Source of the DNA: Oopsacas minuta
Taxonomy: Eukaryota > Animalia > Porifera
Length of the DNA: 64,000 nucleotides
Assembly (NCBI GenBank): GCA_024704765.1
Contig: JAKMXF010000244.1
Coordinates: 363,905 to 427,904 of the forward strand
Direction of reading: 5' to 3'
The position numbers were made by a program, and so were the translations under genes. Positions 1 to 14,199 of this stretch are shown one piece after another (the stretch's first letter is position 1; the number at the start of each line of letters is the position of its first letter). Under the pieces are notes generated by a model. It ran no database searches and was not told the DNA's origin. It saw nothing but the letters and a program-made list of their open reading frames with translations.

Positions 1-319
1 AACGCATCATCAGGCTGTATCATCACAAAGTTTAAATAATAGAAAATTAATTTAATTTTACGGAAATTGGTTTGAGTTGTAAAATAAACATTAGAACTAC
101 ACCTAATGTAGGTTTGATGGTATTTGAAGGATAATATTATGCATACATACATAGGAATTTAAGTTGGGTGAACAAAACATGATTTCAAAAGCCCCTAAAA
201 TTAACATAATTAGGTGAGACTTTGAGATAGAACAACATTCATGTAAGTTGATTGAGATAAAAAGCAATTATAGATATGGATACACCTGCATATTTCTAAT
301 CATTCTCAATATATATTGG

Positions 320-370
320 CAAGATTGAAATATGAAAATTTCCCCTACTGGAAGCGAATAACCCACTGTG
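320..370 (-). mobile_element. Probable solo short-spacer terminus of the RAG1-like family
   Basis: Reverse complement reads CACAGTG-GGTTATTCGCTTCC-AGTAGGGGAAATTTT; 14-bp spacer, like the element 1 left end. Confidence 0.45.
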
Positions 371-2999
371 GGAATTTACGTGAGGAAGAATTTGTTCCAT
401 TGTCTATTGAACCTCATTATATTATCTAAAAGTTCATTAAGCAATCAATTTGAATTAAATAACACTTCGTTACACCAATTCTTTAGTACTTGAGTTACTA
501 TAGGGCAAATATTTATATTAGCGGAGGGATGATAATAACAGCATCAAATTCACCAACATCTTCATTGTTCTCTTCAGAATCAGAATATTCAATTACGCAA
601 CCAATGTGGAATGTAATCGTTGATTGAGCAAAAACAGTGTATTGTCATTCATTATTGTTTTCAAATATAATTCTTTAGATAATACACTCGTCAAAAAATA
701 ATTAACGTTCCTTATTGTTTGAAGAAATTCTATCACTGTAGCCGTTCTAGAGCATCCTGATTCAGAAAATTATTTTCAGTATTTTTACCCAGATCAGGTT
801 TTCAGGAGAAAGTCACTCACAAATTTGAAAATATATCCTGATTCAATGTCAAATTCATACGATGGCTCAAGAAATATGATATATGTACCATATATAAGAG
901 TCCAATGCTAATACATTATTGAAATATTTCTTATAGTGCTTCGTTTGCTAGGTCGCTTCGGAAAATATTAGGAAATCGAGAGAGAATTTGTCCACTCAGA
1001 GATTCAGAAAACAGCTGTATCTTGCAAATATTGTAGAAACACCAAGATATATAAACTTTGTTAGTATATATACACTTACTTCTACAAGGTAAAAGGTAAA
1101 ATCTGGAGCAATGTTACATAACGTTATCAAATAGTTTCTTGAGGAACAAAATCATATGAATTTGAAATATTTACCCTATAATAAGAAATACTTGAAAATT
1201 TATGAAATACTTTTCCCTGTTTGTGTATGTCCGAAAGGATGCTACCTGATTGGAGAAGGTTTTGGCGGTATAGTGAATTGATGTGACCTTTTCCAAAATT
1301 TACATCACCATCACCATAATCTGCCTAAATTGGCTGGAAATCTGTAGGTACATGAGTTATGAAGCTCCGAACAATACAGGTTACGTGCAAGACAATATCA
1401 AACCTTTAGAACGTTTCACTTTGCTTTTCAATACATATCCACTGAAGGCTAAACAATTATGATAACTAACGCCAATAATATAAATGAAGTCATAAGAATT
1501 TCAATAAAATTAATATTGTATTGATAATGTCTACTTTACTCCTTTATTCTTAATCTCAAGGGCTTAGCTATCCGTCTTGCTCGTATCCTGTACACATTGC
1601 AGCTTGTAAATTCATGTACCCACAGATTGCTTGCCAATATGCTAATGTTGTATATTTAGTGATGCAATGTTGGGCTAAGTTACATCTATTTCACTACATG
1701 TCAGAGGTTACTTCCTCAATCAAGTAGCATTCTTGCTGACATGTACACACGCACTATGTCATGCATTTCAAAGTACTTAACGGTTAGTGAGAAAATGATG
1801 CATTTTAGGTTTCCGTGGCCCTATTTTGAGATTGGGCGACCGGTGGACAACGTAGAAATAAAATATTTTGAATAGAACAAGACCAATATGTATAACTAAA
1901 AGTGTCAAAATGATTAATATAAGGAATATTTGCATTGAATTTGTATTGAATACATACTTTTTGTGCCCGAAAAACATCAAATTCCTGGAGTTGCATTAAG
2001 AATTTGACAGTAAGTTTATCAAAAAGTCGAAAAATGGAAATATCCAATTCCTGTAAATCTTACCAGATGGAGAGAAACTTATGATATTCAGAAATAAGAT
2101 ACTTGATAACACCTAATGGTATCAAATTTGTTCTAACAACAAATATATGTTGCCATGCTTTATCAAATGGTATAATAACATTCGAATAGATTACATCAAC
2201 TGTGCTAGGCGAATTGGCTGGTTTATTAAGCTTAGCCTTCCTATGTTGTAAATTCACAGTAATTCAATCATACAATGCAAACAGTGTGCTCATGTATATC
2301 CATTTGAATTCTGGTAGCTTTTCGATCAATATATCAAGCATTTCTTCTACAGGGAACTTTCCTTAAATTATTAATTCCAAGATTCCAGAATTTGATATGC
2401 TCTTGGATGTGTTAAATCCTCATGCACTTAAAGAAGAATGAGAAAATATGCCTTGAATAAACTTCAAATACTTATACCAATTTCTGCTGCTAACAATACA
2501 ACCAGCTCATCCGGGTTTCAAAGAGCATAAAAGAAGTTTGAGTGTATAATATCATGGTTACTGGTAGCGGTTCAAGTAGACATCAATTGAATTTCAAGAA
2601 TCATCGGGTGATTTCGTAACCGGATAGTGCAACCACCCTTGTAACCGATAATCACAAGGAAATTTGTCATTTGGCCGCTTCGCCTTACTCAAGAAATTAA
2701 TCCAGACTTCAGATCGTTCTATTTAGATAACTATAACCTCAATTTCTAGTAGGTATGTAACTAAGTATAATTGTTAAAAGGATGGAGTATAGAGAACTAT
2801 AAATGTTATGTTTCAAAATACTAGGTTAGTGAAAATATAGTAACAGTTTGTCGAATAGTGAATTTTCAAAACTACCTGGTAAAATAACAGGCGGTCATCC
2901 CTAGCCTAAATAGAAAATGACAAAATATTTTCTTAATAGAAATTATAATTGTGGCTTAATACATTTGTCCGGGAGGGTATAACGTAGAATAATGTGTAC

Positions 3000-3245
3000 C
3001 TGTCGCTTTGCTAGCTTGCTGATCGTTATTAATGGTAGGAGAAATACATTGGCCTTGAAGTTCGTGATCTTTGACATCAGTAGATATATTTGAACAATCA
3101 CGATATTTAGGACGAAGTAATAAACATAGAGTTGATAAGCACGAGTTCCAAATACAATCACAGTCAGATTTTAGAAAATCGAAAACATGCTCTAGAGCAA
3201 TAGGAATGAACAAAATATCATTCACCATAAATGAATAGATGATAC
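3000..3245 (-). CDS. UBR4: UBR4 exon (GIIYSFMVND...ALEHVFDFLKSD...SCLSTLCLLLRPKYR...)
   Basis: Resembles human IIHGY...ASKIYMQMLLCPD...SCKQALIRVLRPRNK. Acceptor tttatctag, phase 1. Donor taken as GTACAC at 2999; an alternative near 2960 is possible. Confidence 0.8.
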
Positions 3246-4423
3246 CTAGATAAAGAATAGACAAGAGAATATTTTCGTTTTTTACAATGAAAATACAAAA
3301 TATTGACAGACTGTAAAGCAATGGATTCGGTTAGATAATAATCTCCGAGAAATACATTAAAATTCTGATTTCTGGCATGTAATATGATCAGAACTGCATA
3401 TACAATGGATATCGCTCATCAAAACAACATTCAGAGAGGTCAAAAGTTTAGTGTATAAAATTTATTTTCGGACAACAGGCATAGATTATATCAGAATATA
3501 TGAGAATCGTTTGCCAAAGATGGTTCCGATATTGATATAAGTGATAAAAAAAAGTTAGGAAAAATGTCAATTTAAGCAGCATAAATAATGCAGAGATATA
3601 TATACCCGTATTCAAGTATAATATGCATTTATTCGGCAAAGATTCAGTGGAGAAGAATATAAATACTTTCGCAAATGCTGATGTGCTTATAACAAGCGAA
3701 TGTTCTTACAAACACTGTTCAACAAATGCTATTAATCAGACTATTCACGATTCATTCAAGAGCTATATTTCAAATTTAGGTCTTCCTGTAATTCAATCCT
3801 TAGATTGATATGATTTCTGTCTGTAAATATGAAGTACATGAATGAATAAGATGATTGAAATTTAGAAAATTTCTCTTTGTTGAATACTGATACCGAATAA
3901 TCACCAGGAAAGAATGCAAAACCTATGGGCAGGCCTCTTGATATTCCGACATTTGAAGATTTGTGTGTTCACGTTGCAAATAGATTCATCAGAGATTTAC
4001 TTACTACTTGGTACTTTGATTTTCTAAGGAAAATATGTGAAGCGAGTGATTTTCTGGAGAATCAACAGAAATAGAAAAACACGTGAATTCCTGACAGCTT
4101 TACTCATGATCCACAAATCACTTTCCCACATTTCAGTACGATTCTACAACCTACAACTTACGAATCAGATCATGCAAAATAAGCCACAACACAGTTGTGG
4201 GAATTCACCAACCTCGACCAGAATGCAATTACAAAAAAGGAAAGCAAGTAAAAATGTAGTAGGTAAGATAAAGTGAAATTATGGGGGAATAATTAGTAGC
4301 AAGTAAACCGTGGCAACTTAATATCCGCACGCTAGTTTTTCGCCCAGAATTAATTCCTAGATTCAATTCAAGACCTATCTTGAAGGCATCAGGATAAGAG
4401 CCACTTTATGTAAAATAGAAATA

Positions 4424-4849
4424 CAGTAGAGTTGTCTATTAGCAATTCCCTAATTAGCAAGATTCACATATTAGCAAGTTTTTTCAGTGACCAAGCAAAG
4501 GTATAGGGATTTTAGTATAAACAAGTTCGCTTATTAGCAAGTGTTTTTAGGTCACAATGGCCCAAATTGCATCAATCATGTTTCCATATTAGCAAGTCGC
4601 CCATAAGCTAGTTTCTCATACAAACACGACTTGCTAATAACTTACTAAGGGAACATTTAGTTCGTTTTTAGCTTCGAACTCTTTAGGATACACACACACC
4701 TGTACTACAATATCTTTATACATATAACATTATCACATACACGTATGTACGTGAAAATACAACAATAGTATTTATCAAATTGATTGAGTTACTCTATTAG
4801 CAAGTTTTTCTCGTACACAACACGACTTGCTAATAAGCGAACTCCATTA
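4424..4849. mobile_element. pogo-like MITE with repeated TATTAGCAAG motifs
   Basis: TA|CAGTAGAGTTGTCTATTAGCAA...TTGCTAATAAGCGAACTCCATTA|TA, with several internal ATTAGCAA(G) copies. Confidence 0.7.
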
Positions 4850-5449
4850 TATTTCGGTCTTCATCAGAAACTTGAACAATAGCAATATTTTAGATTAATC
4901 AGACATTCCTAATTGAGGAAATTGATTCGAAAAAGAGGCATATGGCAATTATCGATCAATGTCAAAATATACTTCAAAATTATTAATACAAATGAAATTG
5001 AAGAAAAATAAACTGCAGCACCGACAATTTATAGATATGGGGAGTCACGACCATAGGACAAAGAAGAGTGATGTCCAGGTGCATAGTGGCTCAAAATGGC
5101 AAATTTGAGGATTAGGTATTTAGATGTGTGCTAGCTCTGCAAAATATATTATTTACTCATGGGTTATCGACCCAAACTAGTCGATTAAACATATCAGATT
5201 TGATATATGGTTTGAATTTTTCTGGAATGGCGTCATACTACCTTCATACCATACATGGTTAACTATATTTTGCGTAATTTTTAAGTGATAAGTTTTGAAA
5301 TGTGTATATTATGTCACTATATTAATTTAATATGTTGAGATATACTAAATTACAACTACTAATTGATACACTATATTAAGAGATTGAGTTAAGTATTCAG
5401 GTTTCCACCGATATATCTTGTTCAGATTGTTGATCTATTTCATTTCGAA

Positions 5450-6230
5450 CCTCTGATACTTTGCGATATGGAGCAAGGATAGGATCACTCTGACTCAAGC
5501 ACCTAACCAAGATTTCACTTACTTGTCTTCAAAAGTAGATTTACGAGCAAGTTTATCTCTATATCTTTTACATGTTTGTTACGGATTCCAGGCATTCTTC
5601 AGATAAATTTTGCAATCCGAAACCGTCAGTGAAATCGCTGATTAATTCTGAAGAATGTGCACAAGTAACTTATGGAGAGACGGTGTTATGTTTTCCCAAG
5701 GAAATATATAAAGTACTTCCTCATAAATATCTTTGCAAACGGTGGAGAGTTCATCAGTGTCTATCCATTCATGAGAATTATAGACCCGAAGTATTACTGA
5801 GAGGTTTGTGTGAATAGTGCTAAGAGCAAGTTGGTCTTCTTCAAACACCGTGGATGTAGCACAAGCAATAAATCTTTATAATTGAGAAAACATTTTCTTG
5901 CTATATTACCAGTGGTAGTGGTAGCACCATCGCTGCTTTATGGATAAACTATTTATTACCCAGTCTTCTCAAGCGAGAGATTACAATTCGATGCATTGAA
6001 GTTTTAACTTGATGATGTGAAGCAGCCATTTCTTCATTTCGCCATCCAAATGATGTATCAATCATTTGTTTGTTTGTAAACGAGTGAATTTCAATTAACT
6101 CTACGAACATGGACTGAGCAATCCTGTTACGAGTAATGAAGTCTTTGTCAAAATACGACAAGAGTATCAACACAATCGCGAAGAAATTTCTGACGCATCA
6201 GACCACCATTAATTGCAATTTGAGAAATAT
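5450..6230 (-). pseudogene. Fourth RAG1-like transposase relic (3' part)
   Basis: GATTTTGNIARKCF, NLSVILRVYNSHEWIDTDELS, FPWENITPSLHKLLVH, RYRDKLARKSTFED. Boundaries are approximate. Confidence 0.85.
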
Positions 6231-6310
6231 AGTTGAGAAGCCATGAGTTAAGTATTTCGAAGACTAGGATAAACAATGAGTGAAATGACTGTTAAATATA
6301 TTTTAAATAA

Positions 6311-8547
6311 CACAGGCCTCCACTTTTTAGTTGTATTGATTTTGTCAACTGATATATACTAATTCTATGTTGCTGATTCCGATTATTTAGTCAGTTTCTC
6401 CCTAATACGTCAAGTTCTCACAATCCTATTACTATATTTATAGAACAAAATTGGTTTCAACCCTTATATGTTAGATTGGATCAATTAAATTTCTGAAAAT
6501 ATCAATATTTCATTCACTAAGAATAATGATATAATTGTTACTAATATGAATGGAAGAAAGTGATACTATAAACATGTAATATCAGCACTATTCAATCTAA
6601 AGATTTTCTCTTGTTTGACTTTCTTGAATGTTGTTCGTTAGGCCAATCTCTTTTTAGGCACCAACAGTAATCTGCCATCATATGTGTGTCCATCTTCCTT
6701 GATATCGCTGTTCCATCACTTTTATGCCTTGATGGAATCGTTCACCTTGTTCTTCACTCATATCACCTAGATTATCCGGAAATCTATCAAGATGGTATAT
6801 CAACTAAGGAATTTTAATACTCATATTACAGCCAAGAGCATGATATCTGTCGACTAGCTCTGTGACTAGTTCTTTGTAGTTGGATGCCTTTTTATTACCA
6901 AGCAAATTAGAAACGACATTAGAGAAAGCCTGCCACGCTCTCTTCTCTTCCTCGTTCATTGAATCTTGGAAGCTGTTGCCCATAAGTAACTTGCGAATCT
7001 GTGGACCTTCAAATATCCCTGCCTTTTTCTTCTCTTCGCTGATTTCTGGAAAATAATTTCGGATATACTTGAAACAATATCTGTCTTTAGCCAGTGCTTT
7101 GATGAATTGCTTCATTAAACCAACTTTAATGTGGAGAGGAGGTAGAATTATATATTTGTATGTACCAGAGGGTCATTAATTACATTTTTGCCCCAACTTT
7201 CAAACATTCTCTCCGAGGCCACTTTTCCTTATCCAATGCTGGTTCCTATCTCTACTGTCCCAATAACAAAGAAAACAGGGGTACTTAGTGAACCCAGATT
7301 GTTGTCCTAATAGAAAGTTGACCATTTTGAGATCAACACAAATGACCCAATCATGTGCAGAGTAGTTAATAATCTCTAATACCCCTTTCACATTATTGTA
7401 CTCTTCTTTGAGTTTAACTGAATATCCTATAGGGATCGAACCGAATATATTTCCATTATGGAGTAGTACACATTTCAGACTCTTTTTGGAGCTGTCAATA
7501 AACAGCCTCTAGTCACTTGGATTGTAGTTCGGAACTCCCATTGCCAGTAGAAGACCCTCAACATTTGGACAAAACACCAAACTATTCTTTTCGCAGAAAT
7601 ACTGTGAAACTCTTGCCCCTTGTACGATATAATGTTACATTTGTTCCTTAATGGAGTAGATTCTTTTCTTTCAATCTAGATGCAAGCAACTCAGAAGATT
7701 CTTTCGAGAGGTCAAGGTCACGAATTAAATCATTCAATTCCGCTTGGTTAAAGAGAGAAGGCTGCGAGGAAGGACCTTGAAAATCAACATCATACTCACA
7801 GTCATGATCATTGACTTCTTCAGAATTGGTACATTCTTCATCATCATAGAGTCCGAGAAACTCTGTGAATATGGTACAGGTAGATCACTACAATGAGGGA
7901 CTGGTCGAATAGCAGATTCTAAATTTGGGTAATTCAGCAGGTGTCTGTCACTCTTTTTATAGCCCATAACATTTACCATCCAGAAATAACAATCATTGAA
8001 ATGATTTTTTGATTCTCTCTAAATTATAGGAATTCCGAAAGGGAGGTGTTTCTCTTTACCCTTACTCCAAGACCTCAATAATTCTACACAAGATTTACAG
8101 ACCTTATGAGGTGCCCAACTTTTGTCCTGGTCGCCCAGCTTAACTTTGAAATACGCATGGTAAGCTCTATTCACAAATTCAGTAATATTCTGTATCTGAG
8201 GTTTCGGAGTATAGTAACCACAAATATAACAAAAATGTATGGAGAATTGAAACACTTTCTTTTCGACATATCAACAAAAAAGAATAACAGACTAGTTAAA
8301 AACCAATAAGTAAATTAGACTATTTGAATATATATACTATGTACATAATGTTATTGTTGTAATATGTAATCATGATGAATTTTGGCAAAATCGAAATTTT
8401 TCTGAAAATGTAGCTATATAGTTGTGAAAAAGACTGACGTGACAAGAAAAAACTGAATAGATATTCAGAATCAGCGCACCCAAATTAGTCTAAATCAGTG
8501 ATCAAAATATAAACAACTGCAATATCACATTGTTTTGTACACCTGTG
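6311..8547 (-). mobile_element. Chapaev3-type transposon, degenerate (frameshifted transposase about 6592-8269)
   Basis: CACAGG...CCTGTG termini with TAA TSD and diverged subterminal repeats. Motifs: CYICG, GDQDKSWAPH, ICVDLKMVNFLLGQQSGFTKYPCFLCYWDSR, PPLHIK, GIFEGPQIR, SEEQGERFHQ. Confidence 0.9.
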
Positions 8548-8697
8548 TAATCAAAGATACTTCTTCACTTATCGAACAGTAAGATACGAATGTGTTATAT
8601 ATAAATAATTCGATAAATTCAAAGATTATAACAGTTCAAAATAGTAAAATTAATTCTAAGAATTGAGAAACCTTTAAGAAAAATTCAAAAATTTGTA

Positions 8698-10017
8698 CAT
8701 GGGTTGTCCAAGAAGTTTTAAGAATGAATGCAGTAACTTCATTTCTTGCACATCAATACTTTCTATATCTATCTATCGTACACTATTTATAACTACTCTA
8801 GTTAAAATATCTAAGTTTTTTATCTGTTATTACATTTTGGGCAGCTACATATAGTCAGCACTTGGCCCTAATTTTAAATTCGTACCGAATAATTTATCAT
8901 GGATTTACATTTGGAAAGGAGGGACTTTCGAGCAATGATTTTTTATGACTTTATGAGAAAACTCAGTCCTAGAAAATCACATATTCAACTCCAGGACACA
9001 TTTGGAGATTAATCACCCTCTTTGGCTACAGTGTACAACTGGCACGTAAATTAAACCGTGGACGAAAAGCTCTAAGTGATGAGATGCGATCAGGGCGTCC
9101 TGCAGATGCGGTTAACTCAGAAAATATCCAGAGAGTTAAGAAAATAATCATAAATGAGCGTCGAATCATAATAGACGAAATAATGAGTCATTTAGACATC
9201 AGCAGAAAAAGCTTCCATACTTCATGGACATCTTTTGGTGAGGAAAGAATCTGCACGTTGGATTGCACATAAACTTTCTGAAGAACAAATCACAACTCGA
9301 GTGGATTGGTGCAAATTTATGATCAGAAAATTCGATCATGGTCGTTCAAAGCTATTGAATACATTAATTACGGAGATAAGACTTGGACTTACAAATATGG
9401 CCCAGAGAAGAAGTAACAATCCTCAGTTTGGCTTTTTCCAGATGATGTTCCCCCCAAAATTGAGACGTTCACGAAGTGGCAACCAGCGAATAGTCGCCAG
9501 TTTCATCTCTAAAAAGGGACATGTTGCTACTATTCCCCTTATAGAACTAAAAACTGTAACTGCGAGTTAGTATGTCAACATTTGCATACCTCAGGCGATA
9601 GAAAAGTGGAGCATTTACATCCTAAAGCCTACCTCACCTCACTTCAATGGCACCATGACAATACAAGTGCACACAAGGTAGCCTTGACAGTGGATTTCTT
9701 TGCAGAAAATGGTATAAAATTAATACCCCATCCAGCATATTCCCCAGATTTGGCGCCATGCGACTTCTTTCTTTCTCCTAAACTAAAAAAGAAGATCAAA
9801 TGGGTTTATTTCAATAGTGTAGAACAGGCAAGACTGGCTTATAATGAGGCCCTCCAAGATATACCCAAAGAAGACTGGGAAAATTGTTTTAAAAGTTGGG
9901 TTTAGAAGGATGGATTTATGTATACAGTCATCTGGTATATACTCCGAGAAACTATAAAATTATCCATTTCCTACCATTCCTTCATATAGATTTTAAAAAC
10001 TTTTTGGACTACCCTCA
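8698..10017 (+). mobile_element. mariner element, frameshifted transposase
   Basis: Diverged TIRs (GGGT(T/A)GTCCAA(G/A)AAGTTTT) with TA flanks. Motifs SGRP, HHDNTSAH, HPAYSPDLAPCDFFL. Confidence 0.9.
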
Positions 10018-11617
10018 TATAGAATTATATTCGAATTCTCTAAGAAAATTCTTACAAGCCAACAAGAAGGTTCACGAAGGAGCGAAGCGAGCTTGCTGAA
10101 ATCTTATGGGTTCTCACCTTAGAAAAGTATCTGGAGAAAATATTTGTATGTAACTAAGTAACCAAATATTTTAGTATCTCAATTTCAAACCAATTTGTTG
10201 AGCATATATATTTATAAACTAGCATTTCAAGAGAATAAATTATACGCGAAAGAATTGGGATCTCCAGTTAGTAATCAAACTTATTAACTTGAAATTTTGG
10301 CTATGCCGACTATACCTTAGCATAGTGGGCCATTATTGAAATCGTTGCCTATATATTATATTTTTCTATTTGTATATTATCTCCGTGAAAGCCCATAATT
10401 CCAAACGATGATTCCGAATTTCACACTCCTTAATGTGTACCGAACAAATCTTCTCCAATGTTCCCTTCTATTAACATTATTTAGTCTACTGATAATTACT
10501 GCAAACAAGTTGAGCATTATATGGACTGGATAATCATAATAAATTAGAAATATATTGTTTGATAGATTTGAAATCCTCGCCCAACTCGGAAAAATTTGTA
10601 AAGAGAGAGTTTCTAAGTATATTTTAAGATTTACATTATTTGTTTACTTGAAATTCATATAAAACAACAATAAGTTATTTTTATGTAAACATGAGATACT
10701 TGAAAATGGAAAATCGGATTCAGCGTACTTGATTACCTCCACATGCCTGTTGAAGCCATGATAAGATGCTGAAACCTAATTTCTAGCATTCTTATGAATT
10801 TACATAGTAATTTAGGAACACATAATTAATCGCCTAAAAGATGTGAAAATATACACGTACTCAAAGTCAGGTGCAAAACTAAATGTCACTACGAGTATAC
10901 ATGCGAAATGGAGAGTCTGAATCCCCAAAGGTGTGAACAGGAGAACGAACACATATATGAATATATACCTACTGACTAAGAAAGTCAACAACTTTAGAAC
11001 TTTGCCGACTATACTGTAGTATAGTCGATACAGTAAATACTCATAAATTTCGATTTGGTAGGCGTGTAGTTAGACCATAAAGACATGCCTACCAATCTAA
11101 TTAGCCACTGATTAGCTATTTAAGTCGATTTCCCTAATTATTAGAGCTCTAATTAACATCATCACAAATCGTAGAACTTTGAATAAACTGCGATGCAAAG
11201 TTTGTAAATGAGGCGAAAGATAGTTGAGTTAAGTGAGAAAATGAAATGTGCAAGCGAAGATCGCTACTCCAAAAGTGACACATTTAAAGAAACATTGGAA
11301 CGAAATAGCAACTCAACAAGTCAGCAAGGTTCAACTGCTGCACTATAGTATAAGAATCCTATACTCAATCACATCAAGCTATTGAAAGGGACGCAATATA
11401 ATGAACAAAGTGTATGCGTGAATGATAAATATTAAGGTAGAGTAGCAGTGCTTGACAAATTCCGTGATTTGGTTACGATAACGAAAATGAATAACCTATA
11501 ACCAAACTAGTCTTGAGCCTGATGGTTTAGATAAGCCACAATACGTTGGTGCATATGTCAGCCATGAACATATTACGATTTTGTCGAGCATTTCAAATTA
11601 GTATATAGAAAGTTTAC

Positions 11618-11897
11618 CTGTGATAATAGCAACAGTCTCTTTAATAAATGTTAGTCCAAAAGACCCGACGGAAGCAAAGAATGGACAGCTTGGTCTACGA
11701 TTATACAGAATCCAAAATATTGAAATAATCTTGTCAATGAAACCAGTTATAATCAAAGTTTTCGGAGAATTATCAATAATAAGTGAACTAGCAGGAGAAA
11801 AATACTTCTCACAACATTTTCGGATATATGATTCATCCATTAGCATTGTTAGGTTATATGGACGAGTAACAGCTATTGTGTGAAGATTGAGAATCAA
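11618..11897 (-). CDS. UBR4: UBR4 exon (LILNLHTIAVTRPYNL...FIDKIISIFWILYNRRP...GLTFIKETV)
   Basis: Resembles human ARSIAIMRPNNL...FITQLVNHFWKLHASKP...GLTHIEATV. Acceptor tgttttag, donor GTAAAC; phase 0/1. Confidence 0.88.
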
Positions 11898-12829
11898 CTA
11901 AAACATTAATAAAAAGAGTAAACAAGGAATCAAATGAATAATAGCAGAGGAATCAAAAAATAGAAAAACTAACGATTCGGGCGCACTAAAAACATGGAAG
12001 GTTTTATATCTATGGACTATACCTATTGTGATATAAATTGGGAGTCAAAATCATAACCTAAAGACTTGGACTGAAAGTATTTTAGCAAGTGAACTCAGTA
12101 CAAATATGAGGATGTAAAAAGCAGTTAGAAACACAAATACAGAGGCCAGAATCCTATAGAAAACTCATAAATTCTATATTACAGACTGTTGGATAAGTAT
12201 AATGGTGAGCCTTCAGGAAACAAAATTTAGTACCTATCCTCAGAGTGTACTTTAGGTCTCCAATTGAATACATAGTTTTCATTATAGAGGACCCAAATAT
12301 CATGTGGGGAGGTTCATTATTAATTTATTATTTTATTTCGAAAGCCTATAAATCGGTAATTCAGGGTAAAATTATAATAGCTATGGGTATATGGCAATAT
12401 ACGTGATTGATAATAATGAAATTTTCATGATTTCAAAATGCGGTTTTATGCAAAATGACATGATGCTTTCTAATATTGAGATCGAATAATTGGTATGGCT
12501 GATCTTTGATTTCAATAGTCGAACTCAAAAGTGACACCTTATCATTACGAAAATAACATCAAGAATCCAGTGATATGTTACAGAATTATTAACCCAAGCG
12601 ACATAGCATCTCCAGTGCCACAACAAAATGCCATTGGATGCAATTTGCTGAGAAGATACATAATGAAATCTGAAATTTAAACTATTCTGAAAATTTGAAG
12701 CAGATAGTGACGAGTATATTCTGTCACGTAGCGACCAATAACAATACACTTTAACTGGTCAAAAATACTTAAGTTAAACTAGAGCACTAAGCTGTCGCGC
12801 AGCGACCGAGCAAGCGAAACGCGATAGTA

Positions 12830-14140
12830 CAAGAGTTGTTCAATAAATAATGAGACTTTTTTCATAATTCATATAGTAAACCTATATTTATCATAATTGA
12901 TTATCAAATGTTTCGATAAATTCCCACTTTATCTTGATAGAGCGTTCCCATCGTTCTGGTAACTTTTCCAGCCCAGTGGTATAAAACCCTTTAGGGGACC
13001 CTTTTTCCCACTGTTTTATTTCATACTCCAGCCTTTTGAAATCCTCAAATCTCTTCCCTCGAAGAGGTCTCTTCATCTCTCCAAACAGCCAGTAGTCGCT
13101 GGGAGCCAGGTCTGGACTATACGGGGGATGAGGGAGGCATTCGAATCCTAAATCGTCAATTGCAATCATTGTCTTGGAGCTGACATGGGGCCTTGCGTTG
13201 TCGTGTTGCAGCAATACGCCAAGTGTCAACTTACCTCGCCTCTCACGTTTAATAGCTTGACGCAATTCTTTCTATTAGTCAACGTAAATAATCACTGTTT
13301 ATGGTTGTCTTCTCAGGCAACCAGTCGAGGTGTATAATTCTTTCCTTATCTCAAAATACTGTTGCCATTCTCTTCCCTGCTGATTTCGCGGCCTTTACCT
13401 TGATGGGTACAGGTTCATCACGTCTCTTCCACTGCTTCGATTGAGTTTTGCTCTCTGGTTCATAATAATGAAACCAAGTTTCATCCCCCGTTACTATACG
13501 ATCCAAAAAGTCTACCTCTGCCTTGTACCTTGAACGTAAATCTTTGCTAACTCTGACCCTTTCGCGTTTTGGTTCTTTTGAAAGAAGTTTTGGGACCCAA
13601 CGAGCAGTTACCTTCGACATTTCCAGATCTTCAGTGATAATCGAGTGTAGTGTGGCTTTTGATATACCTACCCTCTCTTCTAACTCTCGCAGGGTCATTC
13701 GTCTGTCCTCTCCAAAAATGTTTGGACCATCTCGATATTACTGCGAGTTTTTGAGGAAGTCGGACTACCTGGACGAGGGTCATTGTGGAGTTCTCCATCG
13801 CCATTATCAAAACGTTCGATCCATCTATATATGGTGGCTTTCGAAGGACATTCGTCACCGAAAATATCTTGCATTTCACGAAGAATGTATGAACCAGTCA
13901 TCCGCTTTTTCCACAGGTACCAAATTATTTGTCGTTTTCCTTCTTTGCAAAATCCATTAGTTGAAAAAAGTAGCCTATACAAATAAACTTTATACTGAAG
14001 AATATGCTAGTAGAGTAAAGAGTATATTGTATCGAAGTTAGACAATCAAGTTAGGCTTGTAATCTGATATTGGCTTAGAGCTATATTAACTAGAATATGA
14101 ATTCGATACATTAGTCTCATTACTTATTGAATAACCCTTG
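12830..14140 (-). mobile_element. mariner element, frameshifted transposase
   Basis: TIR CAAG(A/G)GTT(G/A)TTCAATAA(A/G)TAATGAGACT with TA flanks. Motifs WVPKLL, IVTGDETW, LQHDNARPH, HPPYSPDLAPSDYWLF (DD34D). Confidence 0.95.
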
Positions 14141-14199
14141 TATTGAAAATACGTAAGCACTCGCTTTCCTGGGATCACATAAGTCGATTAGATCACCAA

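Noticed and set aside
505-625. piggyBac N-terminal fragment (SDSEENNEDVGEFDAVIIIPP)
   Set aside because: Short acidic low-complexity match only; no TTAA-flanked ends or catalytic motifs found.
1805-2722. Long minus-strand frame as the next UBR4 exon
   Set aside because: It contains 8 internal stop codons and only vague similarity; at most an old coding relic.
13523-13986. Short ORFs overlapping transposases on the opposite strand (also 34049-35229, 38595-39089, 63198-63548)
   Set aside because: They are antisense or alternate-frame shadows of transposase and Myb coding sequence with no independent motifs.
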